Shown here: in pieces, positions 36,572-46,295 of the stretch
Layout of the letters: each line of letters opens with the position of its first letter
Numbering within the stretch: position 1 is the first letter of the stretch
Origin: Myxococcota bacterium
GTDB taxonomy: Bacteria; Myxococcota; Kuafuiibacteriia; Kuafuiibacteriales; Kuafuiibacteriaceae
DNA: 64,000 bases
NCBI GenBank assembly: GCA_036337945.1
Contig: JAYZDF010000104.1
Span: 15,401-79,400 of the forward strand
Direction: 5' to 3'
The notes under the pieces: generated by a model
The model's database searches: none
Seen by the model: only the letters and a program-made list of their open reading frames with translations
What the model was told of the DNA's origin: nothing
Made by a program: the position numbers and the translations under genes

Positions 36572-37470
36572 ACCCCCTTCGGGAGACTAAATGTTTCCTT
36601 CCAGTCCTCTGCTATCTGCACCAACCACCGAGGAATCACATACATGTGCTGATACTGAAGCAGCTGTTTTGCCACGAGCGCCAGCCTTTGATTGAAGGTC
36701 GGCAATTCGGATGGATTGAGTAACGGTGAATTATGCGGTGGCACATCGACACGCTGAAACTCGAATGCAAAGCTGACTCGTGGGTGTGGCGCTGTCGGAA
36801 GAGACTGGCCGCCCCAGTGCAACACGACTTGATTCCAAAGTAGCAAAGTCCCCGCCGCGCATTCCAGAGGAACAACATCCTCAGGACAAGCCACACTCAA
36901 GTCACGAAAGTCTGTTCGGTACCTTGGATCTTTATCTGCAGGTAAAAGCCAAATGCAGCCGTTATCAATTCTCGCGTCCGTCAACGCTATCCACGCAGTG
37001 AGACTTTCCGGAAGACCGTTTTCATCAATACAGTCGGCGTCACGATCGCGATGTTTGCTCCAACCTGATTCGTAATTGAGCGGGTCTAAGTACCAGGCCC
37101 AAAAATCAGGAAGCATGTAAACGGGCGCTTGAATGAGCTTTTCATAAACATTCGCAATACGAGCTGCGCACTGCCACACTTCATCAAACAAAAAGAGAAA
37201 TGGTTCGGGCCACCCTTCTTTTCGAATAAGCTCAACAGCTCGAACCAAAGTTTCGCACTGCGCAGAGGGAATAAAATGGGTCTTCTGAAGATAACCTTTG
37301 TCGCAAAGTAGTTTACGTTCGTTGGCTTCACCGAGACCTGAAGAAAAACTGGTTTCCGTGAGAACTGAAGACGCTTGGTCTTGAATATGAAGCGAAGGGA
37401 CAAGCTCTCGCCAGTAGGAAATATTTTCGGCTTCATCCGCCGCTTTGGGACGAAGCCGAAACGATTCCAT
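36568..37470 (-). CDS. PhyH-family Fe(II)/2-oxoglutarate dioxygenase
   Basis: WSKHRDRD (HxD), LTAWIALTDARIDNGCIWLLP, and AGTLLLWNQVVLHWGG (distal His) fit the phytanoyl-CoA dioxygenase family pattern. Its ATG (37468..37470) directly abuts the TAA of the upstream giant gene. Confidence 0.6.
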   Translation of the reverse strand: MESFRLRPKAADEAENISYWRELVPSLHIQDQASSVLTETSFSSGLGEANERKLLCDKGYLQKTHFIPSAQCETLVRAVELIRKEGWPEPFLFLFDEVWQCAARIANVYEKLIQAPVYMLPDFWAWYLDPLNYESGWSKHRDRDADCIDENGLPESLTAWIALTDARIDNGCIWLLPADKDPRYRTDFRDLSVACPEDVVPLECAAGTLLLWNQVVLHWGGQSLPTAPHPRVSFAFEFQRVDVPPHNSPLLNPSELPTFNQRLALVAKQLLQYQHMYVIPRWLVQIAEDWKETFSLPKGV

Positions 37471-40400
37471 TTAGCGAGGCGTCAAAGTGAATGACTGACC
37501 GGTTGGGAAATCACCCGGGTTGTTACTGCTCGGACGACCATCGCAATTCGGTGAACAACCGTTTTGCTCTCCGAACTCGCCCGTCTGGTTTTCGTACCCA
37601 ATCGTCGCATCATATGGGCTGAAATTTTGCGCGGCAAAGATGAACTCGGTTGGACCGTAGATCAGCGTTATCTCATTCGTACCCTCAGAGAGTACAACTT
37701 GGAAGTTCCAGTAACGGAAGCCTTGATTCAACTGACGCTGTTCGTAATGACCTAGATTTTGCCATTGAACGATCAATTCTCGATTCGGAGCCATTCCTCG
37801 TACATCGTAAGATAGGCTCGAGTTCAACGGCTGACCCTGTTGCGTGGTTCGATTGGACAAGAAAATGAGATCATCCCAGAAAGGCGCAACAAATCCATTT
37901 GGAGCATCGGTCTGCGGAATAGTTTGATTGCTGGCATAGGTCGCATAAGGCACGACATCCATAAATAAGATGCCATTAACACTTGCGGTCACCGAAGAGG
38001 TTGGAACTCCGTAGTACTCAAACGGGAACGGAATATCGATCACGGCTAGTCCATCGTCCGTATTGTCGACAACAGCTCCGCTTTGATTTTCATTCTGCGG
38101 ATTCAAAGTCGTCGCGGCCATTGAGTCTAGAGGTGAGTACATCGATGCAACGGGCATCGCTGTGTCGTACCCCGGGAACACACAGTTCGACTGGCAGCCG
38201 TCACCGTTGGTCGTGTTTCCATCGTCACACTCTTCGACACCGACCTGGAGATATCCGTCACCACAAATCGCTGAAATACACCCGTCCACGCAGGCATCGC
38301 TGTTGTCAAAGTTGGCATCATCGCATTCTTCTTGACCCATCCAAGTGAAACCGTCACCGCAGAACGCAGAGCGACATCCGTCAGTACATGCATCTTCATT
38401 CGACATGTTGCCATCGTCGCAGGCTTCGTTCGCGTCGGTCGTTGAATCACCGCAGGTTTGAGACAAGCAATATGGGGTATAGGTAATGCGAATCTGAGAA
38501 CCATTCGCAGGCACATTCCCATCCGTGAAAAGAACTGTCTGGTCGACCGCATTATAATTCCATACAGCTTGCATCATGCCATTTTGCGCCGGCACGTTTG
38601 TTCCATCAACCGTGACAGCAATCGTAGAAGGCAGCGGCTCGGCAGACAGGGCGAATTCTGACCCACCGAAGAGGTACTCAGCGAGTGTGGCGAGGTTGGG
38701 TCCCATAGGCTCGCAGAATGAAAGGTTCAGACCATTCCCAACGCGAGTCACAAGCTCGGCATAACGAGGAGAGTCATTGGCGTCGCCATAACCTCCTTGA
38801 TTCACTGGCCAATCACAATCCTGGGTCGGTGGGCCAACGATGGTTGATGCAGAAAAGTTTCCGGCACCTGCGGCCGCTTCAAAGGCATTGATCGCGTCTT
38901 CAATGCTCCCGCCAAGTTCAGCGTTCGATGATTGGTCATCCTCACTGCTCAAGATAATCACGACCAAGTCAGCATCATTGCGTAAGAAGCCGTTATTGGA
39001 CCCAGTCGAAAGAGGTGGTGTGACCGCGCGAAGCGCAGCGGCGATGCCGCTCTCCCGAGTTGGGTCGCCGTTGTCGCCGACTTCGATACGTGTCTCAACT
39101 TCGTCGATGTAGTTCGCCGTATTGCTCGATACGAAAGCGGGGCTGCCTATCATTTGCCCCTGACGATTCGGGCTGACCATATCGGTTGTGACGACGGCAA
39201 AGTGTAGATCGACACCACGGTTCACCAAAGTGTTTGAAAAAGCCGAGAAAGTATCGGAAAGCGCATCTTGCGCCTCAGTCATATCCGGGGAGTCATCGAT
39301 GACGAATAAAACGTCAGCCTTCGGCGACGTAAAGTCAGTGACATCCGTTCGAGCGGGTTGGGAGGCGCCCTCACCAGTCAAATTGACAATGGTTGGTGAC
39401 GCCTGTCCATCCACGACGACACTCAATTGAGCAGTCTTCACGCCGAGAGCTTGTGGGTCAAACTCAATATTCACCGTATAGGTTTCAAGTCGGTCTAATG
39501 CAGTGTTCGCTGGGACCGCTGGACTGATCGCAAAATCGGTCGCGTCGGGCCCGACCAGATTTACCGAACGAATCTCAAGCTCTTGAGTTCCGACGTTCGT
39601 CAACTCAACCGACCGAACTTGGGCGGCCGCTGCGCAGCCGACCGGGGTTTGACCAAAATCTACGCTGCTGGGCGACGCCACCAAATTGATGTCTCCGCCT
39701 GCGCCACTCAGGCTCGCAGTGAGCGTGGAAGTCATCGGGTTGTTGAAGCTCACAGCTATCAAGCCGGCGCTGGTTTGTGGGGCCGTCGGTGTAAAGACGA
39801 CATCAAAAGTAACGCTATTGCCGCCCGCGATCGAGTCGCCACTTGCAGGCAGACCTTCGAGTCGAAAATCCATCGAGGTCCCGCCCGCGAAAGAGACGTT
39901 GTCGATGATACAATCGCTCGCGCCTTGGTTTTGTACTAAGAAGCTTGCCCGTTGAGCACGACCTAAAGAGACAAGCCCAAAATCATAGGTCGAAGGAGAA
40001 AGCTCCGCGGTACAAATTTGGATGTCCAAAAATTCAGCGGCGAGAGTCACGTCGATACTCGGGGTGTCCGCATCGTTACTCGTAATTTCCAGTGTACCCG
40101 TTTGTGCACCAGCAGTCGCGGCCGAAGCTTGGACTGTTAGCCTTGTAGAATCGCCTGCATCAACGTTTGCGGGGAGTGTTGACACGACCGAAAAGGCAGA
40201 GCCGGTTACGTTCGCGTTGATCACAAGTTCTTCGGTACCGTTATTCGTACAAACGACTTCTTCAGTGAGTTGAGCGTTTAGGCCTCCGATGCCGAAGTCT
40301 AAGCTGAGTGGGGTACATTCAATGTCGGGTCCCCCACCTTTTCCGTTGAGCGTCACCCGCTCTTCAAAAACTGTAGGTGAAGTTCCATTGATGACTAAAG

Positions 40401-41175
40401 TCGCGGTGTCGTCTTGAAAATCGGTTGGGCAATATTCAACAGAAATATTAGCAGAAGAACCTGCCCCAACAGTGATAGGAAGCATTTGTTGAGCTAACGT
40501 GAAAACGCTAGAGGTATCACCCTCGATATTGAGATTCGAAATCGCTTCATCCAGGTTTCCACTGTTTTGGCAGATGACATCACTTGTGCTGCATTGACCA
40601 GGGTTGACCGAACCGAAGTCAACAGGGCTGGCACAAGAAACTCCAGTTGCAATACCGGTTGCTTCAAGCGTGATCGCGACGGGGCAATTTCCCATACATG
40701 AATCAAGAGCAAGACTCGCGAATATCTCGCCCACGCTCGACGTCGAGACAGTGAGTGATACCTGAACTGTTTCTCCAACACCCAGAACGAAGACGCCGTT
40801 CTCATTCGTCGTACTAATGGTTCGCGTGAAGCGTTCTGCATCGCGACCAGATGGTTCCGACAAAGAGACACGAACCGGACTCATTTGAGGATTCTTGACC
40901 GTCAAAATGAATGTCGCAGTGGAGCTGACAACCACTTCGCCAAAATCTACTCGGGTCGTATTGAGTTCAACCTCTCCGGCCATAACCGAAGCATCAACCC
41001 CTGGAGAACCTGCGTCGGGCGCATCTGATGAACCCGCATCAGCTGGTGGGGTCACTGCCGCATCTTTGGCTTGGTTAGGATTGGTCAGATCTGCTGTCTC
41101 CGATTCGGAACATGCGATCATTCCAAAACTCAAAACACTCGATAAGAACAAAATGTGTCCTGTCGTCACTCTCAT
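37471..41175 (-). CDS. giant cell-surface lipoprotein: Ig-like (choice-of-anchor-D/ASH-like) repeats, vWA-like domain, Myxococcus-type cysteine-rich repeats, NIDO-like C-terminal domain
   Basis: The lipobox is SFGMIAC. There are about six repeats of the DFG.V..G......F.V.N.G...L.I type. A vWA-like start VLFVIDDSPDM follows. There are three CGDG...EECDDGN-type repeats at about 38180..38468. The C-terminal block is FPFEYYG...VNGILF...APFWDDL. Confidence 0.75.
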   Translation of the reverse strand: MRVTTGHILFLSSVLSFGMIACSESETADLTNPNQAKDAAVTPPADAGSSDAPDAGSPGVDASVMAGEVELNTTRVDFGEVVVSSTATFILTVKNPQMSPVRVSLSEPSGRDAERFTRTISTTNENGVFVLGVGETVQVSLTVSTSSVGEIFASLALDSCMGNCPVAITLEATGIATGVSCASPVDFGSVNPGQCSTSDVICQNSGNLDEAISNLNIEGDTSSVFTLAQQMLPITVGAGSSANISVEYCPTDFQDDTATLVINGTSPTVFEERVTLNGKGGGPDIECTPLSLDFGIGGLNAQLTEEVVCTNNGTEELVINANVTGSAFSVVSTLPANVDAGDSTRLTVQASAATAGAQTGTLEITSNDADTPSIDVTLAAEFLDIQICTAELSPSTYDFGLVSLGRAQRASFLVQNQGASDCIIDNVSFAGGTSMDFRLEGLPASGDSIAGGNSVTFDVVFTPTAPQTSAGLIAVSFNNPMTSTLTASLSGAGGDINLVASPSSVDFGQTPVGCAAAAQVRSVELTNVGTQELEIRSVNLVGPDATDFAISPAVPANTALDRLETYTVNIEFDPQALGVKTAQLSVVVDGQASPTIVNLTGEGASQPARTDVTDFTSPKADVLFVIDDSPDMTEAQDALSDTFSAFSNTLVNRGVDLHFAVVTTDMVSPNRQGQMIGSPAFVSSNTANYIDEVETRIEVGDNGDPTRESGIAAALRAVTPPLSTGSNNGFLRNDADLVVIILSSEDDQSSNAELGGSIEDAINAFEAAAGAGNFSASTIVGPPTQDCDWPVNQGGYGDANDSPRYAELVTRVGNGLNLSFCEPMGPNLATLAEYLFGGSEFALSAEPLPSTIAVTVDGTNVPAQNGMMQAVWNYNAVDQTVLFTDGNVPANGSQIRITYTPYCLSQTCGDSTTDANEACDDGNMSNEDACTDGCRSAFCGDGFTWMGQEECDDANFDNSDACVDGCISAICGDGYLQVGVEECDDGNTTNGDGCQSNCVFPGYDTAMPVASMYSPLDSMAATTLNPQNENQSGAVVDNTDDGLAVIDIPFPFEYYGVPTSSVTASVNGILFMDVVPYATYASNQTIPQTDAPNGFVAPFWDDLIFLSNRTTQQGQPLNSSLSYDVRGMAPNRELIVQWQNLGHYEQRQLNQGFRYWNFQVVLSEGTNEITLIYGPTEFIFAAQNFSPYDATIGYENQTGEFGEQNGCSPNCDGRPSSNNPGDFPTGQSFTLTPR

Positions 41176-41305
41176 ATGAACTGGAGTTTACATCGAATAA
41201 GGCCTATAAAAGCAATCCCCCAGCTATCCGTTAGGATAAGAGCTATCGACGGACTCGAAGGCTAAAATGTGAAGGTATTCCTGTAATATTCAGAGGGATA
41301 GGCAG

Positions 41306-41908
41306 CTAAAGGAGGCTTGCGGTGATGTCTAAAGTAAAGATGACGTCGACATCGAAGTCGGTAGGCTCAGACTGCTTGTCGGTCCATCCGACGACTTTTA
41401 CGGAAAGTTCCGGTTGATTGAAGATCAAATCAATGAGGGCTGATTTCTGTTCCGTGGTCATATCCAGGGTCAAACCCCCACGGTCGTTTGAATCTTGATC
41501 GGTTGTGTCCGTAGGAATAAGTGGAATCGCTTCAAAGCAGGCGCTGGCCTTTGATTCCTTACAGGGTCTGGCTCGATCAATTTCATAGTCGACCGCAGCA
41601 CTGTCGGCTTTGGCGGCAACGTAGACTTTGCCCCAGGCGAACTTGGCGGCGTTGGTTTGGCCGATACGAGTCAGGACGACGGACATGTTCCGAATCTGAA
41701 TCTCACCTTGTTCGATTCGATCTCGGTTGTTTCGGATGTCTTCATTGTCATCAGGACGATAGATTTCTTCCGATTCGAAAGCACCTTTGTCAGAAATGAC
41801 AGAAAAATTGAGACGAAGTTTGACGGTCTCTTGCAGAGTATCGAATCCACATCCAGAAAGCATGAGCACGGAAGTGATAAGGGCGAAGGGCAAACGAAGT
41901 CGATTCAT
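41306..41908 (-). CDS. hypothetical lipoprotein
   Basis: MNRLRLPFALITSVLMLSGC has a lipobox. I chose the ATG at 41908; the track's longer ORF would overlap the upstream transporter. Confidence 0.5.
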   Translation of the reverse strand: MNRLRLPFALITSVLMLSGCGFDTLQETVKLRLNFSVISDKGAFESEEIYRPDDNEDIRNNRDRIEQGEIQIRNMSVVLTRIGQTNAAKFAWGKVYVAAKADSAAVDYEIDRARPCKESKASACFEAIPLIPTDTTDQDSNDRGGLTLDMTTEQKSALIDLIFNQPELSVKVVGWTDKQSEPTDFDVDVIFTLDITASLL

Positions 41909-41966
41909 CGGGGGGAACCTAACACAAAGCCATCTTGTCGGTCGAACCAGATCGTGACAGCACGAA

Positions 41967-43436
41967 CTATCCATAAACAAAGAGACTTACACTAGTGATT
42001 ACCCCCCAAGCGATCAGATTAATCCAAAATCCAACCCGGACCATGTCCCAAATACGAATTCGACCTGTTCCAAAGATAATCGCATTCGGTCCAGTGGCTG
42101 CGGGCATCATGAAAGCACAAGAACAAGCCAGAGCACAGGGAACGAGCAGCACCCGTGGATCAATCTGAATCTTTTGAGCCGTCAATGCCAAAATCGGCAT
42201 GGCTATATTAGAAAGTGCCGTATTGCTGATGACCTCAGTTCCAAAGGTTGCGGCAAGGGCTGCGCTCCCAACAAAGACAGCCTGGGAGCTATCGCCGAGT
42301 AGCGCGAGCTGCGAGCCGAGCCATTCTGACAAACCGGTGAGCGTGAAACCTTTCGCAAGCGCTATACCGCCACCAAAAAGAAGAACCAAATCCCAAGGCA
42401 CTTTGACGGCCGTTGCCCAAGGAAGAAGCTTACTTCGATCGGGCTCACCAGAAGGTAACGAAAATGCGATGACCGCCGCAAACATGGCGACCGTTCCATC
42501 GTCAGGTGCTTTACCAAGACCGAAGAGTGACGCCCAACCTGGAATACTAACTCCGTCGCCCAACGAAAACCCCTTGCGAGTCATCCAAAAAAAAGCAGCA
42601 AGACCGAAAACCGATAAAGCTCGCTTTTCAATCGAACGCCATGGACCAAGACGTTTAAGTTCTTCGCGAATCATCGGAGCAGCTCCAAGGTTAAGCTGGT
42701 CGGGGATTTTGAGCGCGATGCGAGTCAAAACGAACCACATCACGGGCACCAAAAGACAGACAATTGGAATGGCAATACTTGCCCAAGACAAAAAGGAGAG
42801 CTCAGGTCCTTGAGGATAAAGTTCCTCAAGCGCAGCCATCGCAATGACATTAGGAGGTGTGCCAATAGGCGTACCCATTCCTCCGATCGACGCACCGTAC
42901 CCCATGCCTAAGAGCACAGCGAGTACAAATGGTCGCGCTTCTTCACCTTCTGCCTCTAACGCTCGGTCGACGATCGCCAAAACGATCGGCATCATAATCA
43001 GTGTCGACGCCGTATTAGAAATCCACATGGACATGGCAGCGGTTGCCACTGCGAAACCTAAAACAAGGCGAGAGGGAGATGTTCCAACCAAAAGAAGAAC
43101 GTGCAAGGCAATGCGACGATGAACACCAGACCGCTCAACCGCTAATGCAAGCAAGAATCCGCCCAACAACAAAAGAATAAACGAGGATGCGTAGGAAGGT
43201 GCTATCTGTTTCGCGGTTGCAATTCCAAGCAGTGGAAAACTTGCGGCAGGTATAAGCGCTGTCGCGCCAAGTGGTAGTGCTTCGGTCACCCACCAGACGC
43301 CGACAATGATTGTCACGCCAAGCGCTCGAAACGCCTCTACACTCAAACCGTCCGGACGGGGAAGTACAGACGCAAATACTATGAAAAAAAGTCCAAAGAC
43401 TAAGCCGGTCCAAAAACCGATCCGCGAGGCGGTCAT
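41967..43436 (-). CDS. DASS/SLC13-type (ArsB/NhaD superfamily) anion:sodium symporter
   Basis: 489 aa and polytopic. It has duplicated hairpin-type motifs (SNTASTLIMMPI and SNTALSNIAMPI), typical of divalent anion:Na+ symporters. Its start is 3 nt after the S1-like gene stop. Confidence 0.65.
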   Translation of the reverse strand: MTASRIGFWTGLVFGLFFIVFASVLPRPDGLSVEAFRALGVTIIVGVWWVTEALPLGATALIPAASFPLLGIATAKQIAPSYASSFILLLLGGFLLALAVERSGVHRRIALHVLLLVGTSPSRLVLGFAVATAAMSMWISNTASTLIMMPIVLAIVDRALEAEGEEARPFVLAVLLGMGYGASIGGMGTPIGTPPNVIAMAALEELYPQGPELSFLSWASIAIPIVCLLVPVMWFVLTRIALKIPDQLNLGAAPMIREELKRLGPWRSIEKRALSVFGLAAFFWMTRKGFSLGDGVSIPGWASLFGLGKAPDDGTVAMFAAVIAFSLPSGEPDRSKLLPWATAVKVPWDLVLLFGGGIALAKGFTLTGLSEWLGSQLALLGDSSQAVFVGSAALAATFGTEVISNTALSNIAMPILALTAQKIQIDPRVLLVPCALACSCAFMMPAATGPNAIIFGTGRIRIWDMVRVGFWINLIAWGVITSVSLFVYG

Positions 43437-43439
43437 GCC

Positions 43440-45062
43440 CTACTTTAGCTTACCTTTGAACAAATCTGCAAAAGTACCGAGACCAGAGTTGCCGCCCTCT
43501 TTATCCATGTAGTTCGCGTAAAGTGCTCTTTCTTCGGCTTCGGCCACTCGGCGAATCGACAAACGAATCCGGCCTGACTTCTTCTCAGCTTCAATGACGG
43601 AGACTTTCAGCTGCTGCCCTACTTTGAACTCTTTCGTGAGGTCAGAGCCACGAGAGGTTCCGGTTTCTGCGGATGGGACCAGACCACGGGCGCCGCTATC
43701 AAGTTGGACAAACAAACCGAAGCTCTCAATCTTTTCAATCGTTCCAGTACAAATCTGGCCTGAGCCCAGTTCGCCCGCCAGCTGCTGACGAGTTTTGACC
43801 AAGGAAAGACCAATTCGACGTTTCTTCCAGTCGAGTGCAATGACAGTAGCCTCGACCTCATCACCCTCTTTGACCAAGTCGCGGGGATTTTTAACACGCT
43901 CATTACTAAGGTTCGAGACGTGAATCAGACCATCAATTCCGGGCATGATTTCAACAAAAACACCGAAATCCTGGATGCGTTGAATACGCCCACGAACTTT
44001 CTGGCCATTCTTCAGGCTTGCTTCGGCGGCCTTCCAAGGATCATCATGCAGCGCCTTGATAGAAAGGCTGATTTTTTTCGCGCCATTTTTACCGTCTTCG
44101 ATCTTTAGAATTTTGACACTGGTCTCTTCGCCAACGCTCAATTTCTCACGTGGTTTCTTGATGTGCTCGTGAGTGATTTCGGAAACATGGACAAGACCTT
44201 CGATACCGCCAATGTCCATGAATGCGCCGTAGTCTTTTAGAGTTGTGACCTTGCCGATGCAAACCTGACCGACTTCAAGTCGCCCCATCAGTTCGTCTAG
44301 TTTCTTCTGCTTTTCTTCCTCAAGAATCGAGCGTCGAGAAACAACAACGTTTCGGCCGTTATTTTTGAATTCCGAAATTTTGAATTGAAGCCGTTGACCG
44401 AGGTATTGAGAAGGATCATTACAGAATCGAAGTTCGATCTGCGAAATCGGACAGAAGGCGCGCAACCCTCCAACTTCTACTTCAAGACCGCCCTTGTTGC
44501 TGCCTGTGACTTTTCCTTCAATTGGCAACCCTGCTTCAAACGCAAGCCGTACGGTCTCGCGGTTCTTCGCACTGTCTGCACCGATTGCTTTACCAAGTTT
44601 GACCTGACCACCTTCAACACTGACGACGCGAGCTTCAATCTCGTCGCCTTCACCGACCGAGACTTCACCGTTTTCATCGAGAAAATCGGCTTTACTGATA
44701 ACACCTTCGGCTTTGCCGCCCATATCAACAAAAATTGAGTCATGTGAAAACCCAACAACTTTCGCTTGAACAATCTTACCGGGTCGCATGCCCCCTGTGG
44801 AACGCTTCGTTGTAGACTTCGATTGCTTTTCAGCAAGTGCAAATAGCTCCGCGAAAGACATCTCATCTTCGGGTAACGACGGTGCTGCGCTATCTGCGGA
44901 AGCATTTTCAGAGCCCGTAGATTCGGCGTCTGCAGCTTCTCCTTCAGAAACATCTGTCGCAACCGGCGTTGCAACTTCTTGTGGAGCCGCAGCCGCCTGA
45001 TTCTCAGCGAGATCGTCTGATGGGTTAGGGGTGTTTGTTGTTTCTTCTACTTGGTTTTCCAT
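43440..45062 (-). CDS. rpsA: S1 RNA-binding-domain protein (ribosomal protein S1-like, five S1 repeats, acidic N-terminal extension)
   Basis: There are five repeats of the G..V.G.V......G.FV......G..H.S type (for example GQVCIGKVTTLKDYGAFMDIGGIEGLVHVSEI). The first roughly 90 aa are D/E/A/S-rich. Confidence 0.7.
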   Translation of the reverse strand: MENQVEETTNTPNPSDDLAENQAAAAPQEVATPVATDVSEGEAADAESTGSENASADSAAPSLPEDEMSFAELFALAEKQSKSTTKRSTGGMRPGKIVQAKVVGFSHDSIFVDMGGKAEGVISKADFLDENGEVSVGEGDEIEARVVSVEGGQVKLGKAIGADSAKNRETVRLAFEAGLPIEGKVTGSNKGGLEVEVGGLRAFCPISQIELRFCNDPSQYLGQRLQFKISEFKNNGRNVVVSRRSILEEEKQKKLDELMGRLEVGQVCIGKVTTLKDYGAFMDIGGIEGLVHVSEITHEHIKKPREKLSVGEETSVKILKIEDGKNGAKKISLSIKALHDDPWKAAEASLKNGQKVRGRIQRIQDFGVFVEIMPGIDGLIHVSNLSNERVKNPRDLVKEGDEVEATVIALDWKKRRIGLSLVKTRQQLAGELGSGQICTGTIEKIESFGLFVQLDSGARGLVPSAETGTSRGSDLTKEFKVGQQLKVSVIEAEKKSGRIRLSIRRVAEAEERALYANYMDKEGGNSGLGTFADLFKGKLK

Positions 45063-45111
45063 TTCTTCGACATTCCGTCATTCAATTTGCGACAGGACTA
45101 TTCTCAGTGCC

Positions 45112-45795
45112 CTACATCAATCGTCTCATCTGGTCACCAGGAATCATGACTAATCCAAGTCCTGGTCCACCAACCTCATATTCCGTGCAAGAAACCCCGA
45201 TCGGGCTTCCTTCAGAACCAAGTTCACTGTAGCCGTACACGATAAATAAACTCGTTTGGCTTGAGGCGAAGCGGGTGAAGGTCACGGTAAATTGGTCGTC
45301 GGGCTGAGCGATGTCCTGACCCCGCGTATCTAGGATGTTGTGACACATAGAGGTCAAGTCGAGTTTTTGATTATACACATCATCGCAAGTCCAAGCCTGA
45401 CCTCCGGATGATTCGGCCGTCACCACAATGCCCGCAAAACTCTGCAGGCTTGCGCTCAAGTTACCGACTTTGAAGAGGTAATTGATTGGATCTCCCGAGC
45501 CCAGCGCTTCTGGCTCCTCACATTGGCCCAAACGACATATTTTCCTGCTATAGGGTAAACAACCACTGCAATTCGAGGGAGCGGTTTTTAAATCTCCGCA
45601 GTCCGTCGGTGAATTGCACGTGGCTTGCATCCCTTGCGGGCACAAAGCACGAACACCAGCGTCGATCGCCATAGCTGCACCCGAATCGAGACCGTTGGGA
45701 TCCTGACCACCCGTCGAATCTCCCGAACAACTCATGCCGAACGACATAAGGGATATACAAACAATGAGTGGGAGATTTTTGGCTGGCTGACGCAT
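45112..45795 (-). CDS. Cys-rich secreted lipoprotein
   Basis: MRQPAKNLPLIVCISLMSFGMSC has a lipobox. It contains CNSPTDCGD...CSGC...CRLGQC. I chose the ATG at 45795 so that it does not overlap tsaE. Confidence 0.5.
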   Translation of the reverse strand: MRQPAKNLPLIVCISLMSFGMSCSGDSTGGQDPNGLDSGAAMAIDAGVRALCPQGMQATCNSPTDCGDLKTAPSNCSGCLPYSRKICRLGQCEEPEALGSGDPINYLFKVGNLSASLQSFAGIVVTAESSGGQAWTCDDVYNQKLDLTSMCHNILDTRGQDIAQPDDQFTVTFTRFASSQTSLFIVYGYSELGSEGSPIGVSCTEYEVGGPGLGLVMIPGDQMRRLM

Positions 45796-45803
45796 GGGTG
45801 AGG

Positions 45804-46292
45804 CTATGTCCACACTGCATGCGCCCATGCCGTCAAGACCTCAGAGTGCGGAGTCACGGAAATTTTTCTTTCTGACTCTGAGATCACCTGAATAAAGACC
45901 TCGATCCGCTCTTCCGGGGCAGCTTCTTCAATATTTGACATCCACTCGACCAAGGTCACACCAGGCGCATAGAAAATGTCTCGGTAACCGATTCCTTCTA
46001 GATCGTCCCATCCCACGAGACGGTAAAGATCAAGGTGTCGTACGTTTGGCTCGCCTTCGTAGACTTGAACAATAGAATACGTGGGTGAAGAGACGTCGGC
46101 TTCCCGACCTGGTCCGAGCCCGGACATAAAGCCTCGGACCCACTCCGTTTTACCGGCGCCCAAATCACCATCCAAGGTGATAACAATCCGTTCAAATTGC
46201 CGAGAAGACAAGGATTGACGCACAGCATTAGCGCACTCGATAGCGTGCGCATGAGTCTCCTCAATCGAGTTACATTTCCATTCGTACGACAT
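45804..46292 (-). CDS. tsaE: tRNA t6A37 biosynthesis ATPase TsaE
   Basis: P-loop LDGDLGAGKT, then SPTYSIVQVY and HLDLYRL. It shows the classic synteny directly downstream of nnr (yjeF-yjeE). Confidence 0.85.
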   Translation of the reverse strand: MSYEWKCNSIEETHAHAIECANAVRQSLSSRQFERIVITLDGDLGAGKTEWVRGFMSGLGPGREADVSSPTYSIVQVYEGEPNVRHLDLYRLVGWDDLEGIGYRDIFYAPGVTLVEWMSNIEEAAPEERIEVFIQVISESERKISVTPHSEVLTAWAHAVWT

Positions 46293-46295
46293 CGA

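Noticed and set aside
42199-43122. Plus-strand ORFs of 204 aa and 92 aa inside the DASS transporter gene
   Set aside because: They are antisense to a polytopic membrane protein with duplicated SNT(A)... hairpin motifs. Their translated sequences are low-complexity and S/P/A/R-rich, typical of shadow ORFs.
44477-44974. A 165-aa alternative-frame ORF and a 117-aa antisense ORF inside the S1-like gene
   Set aside because: The S1 repeats in the 540-aa frame are unmistakable. The alternative frames are K/R-rich and have no motifs.
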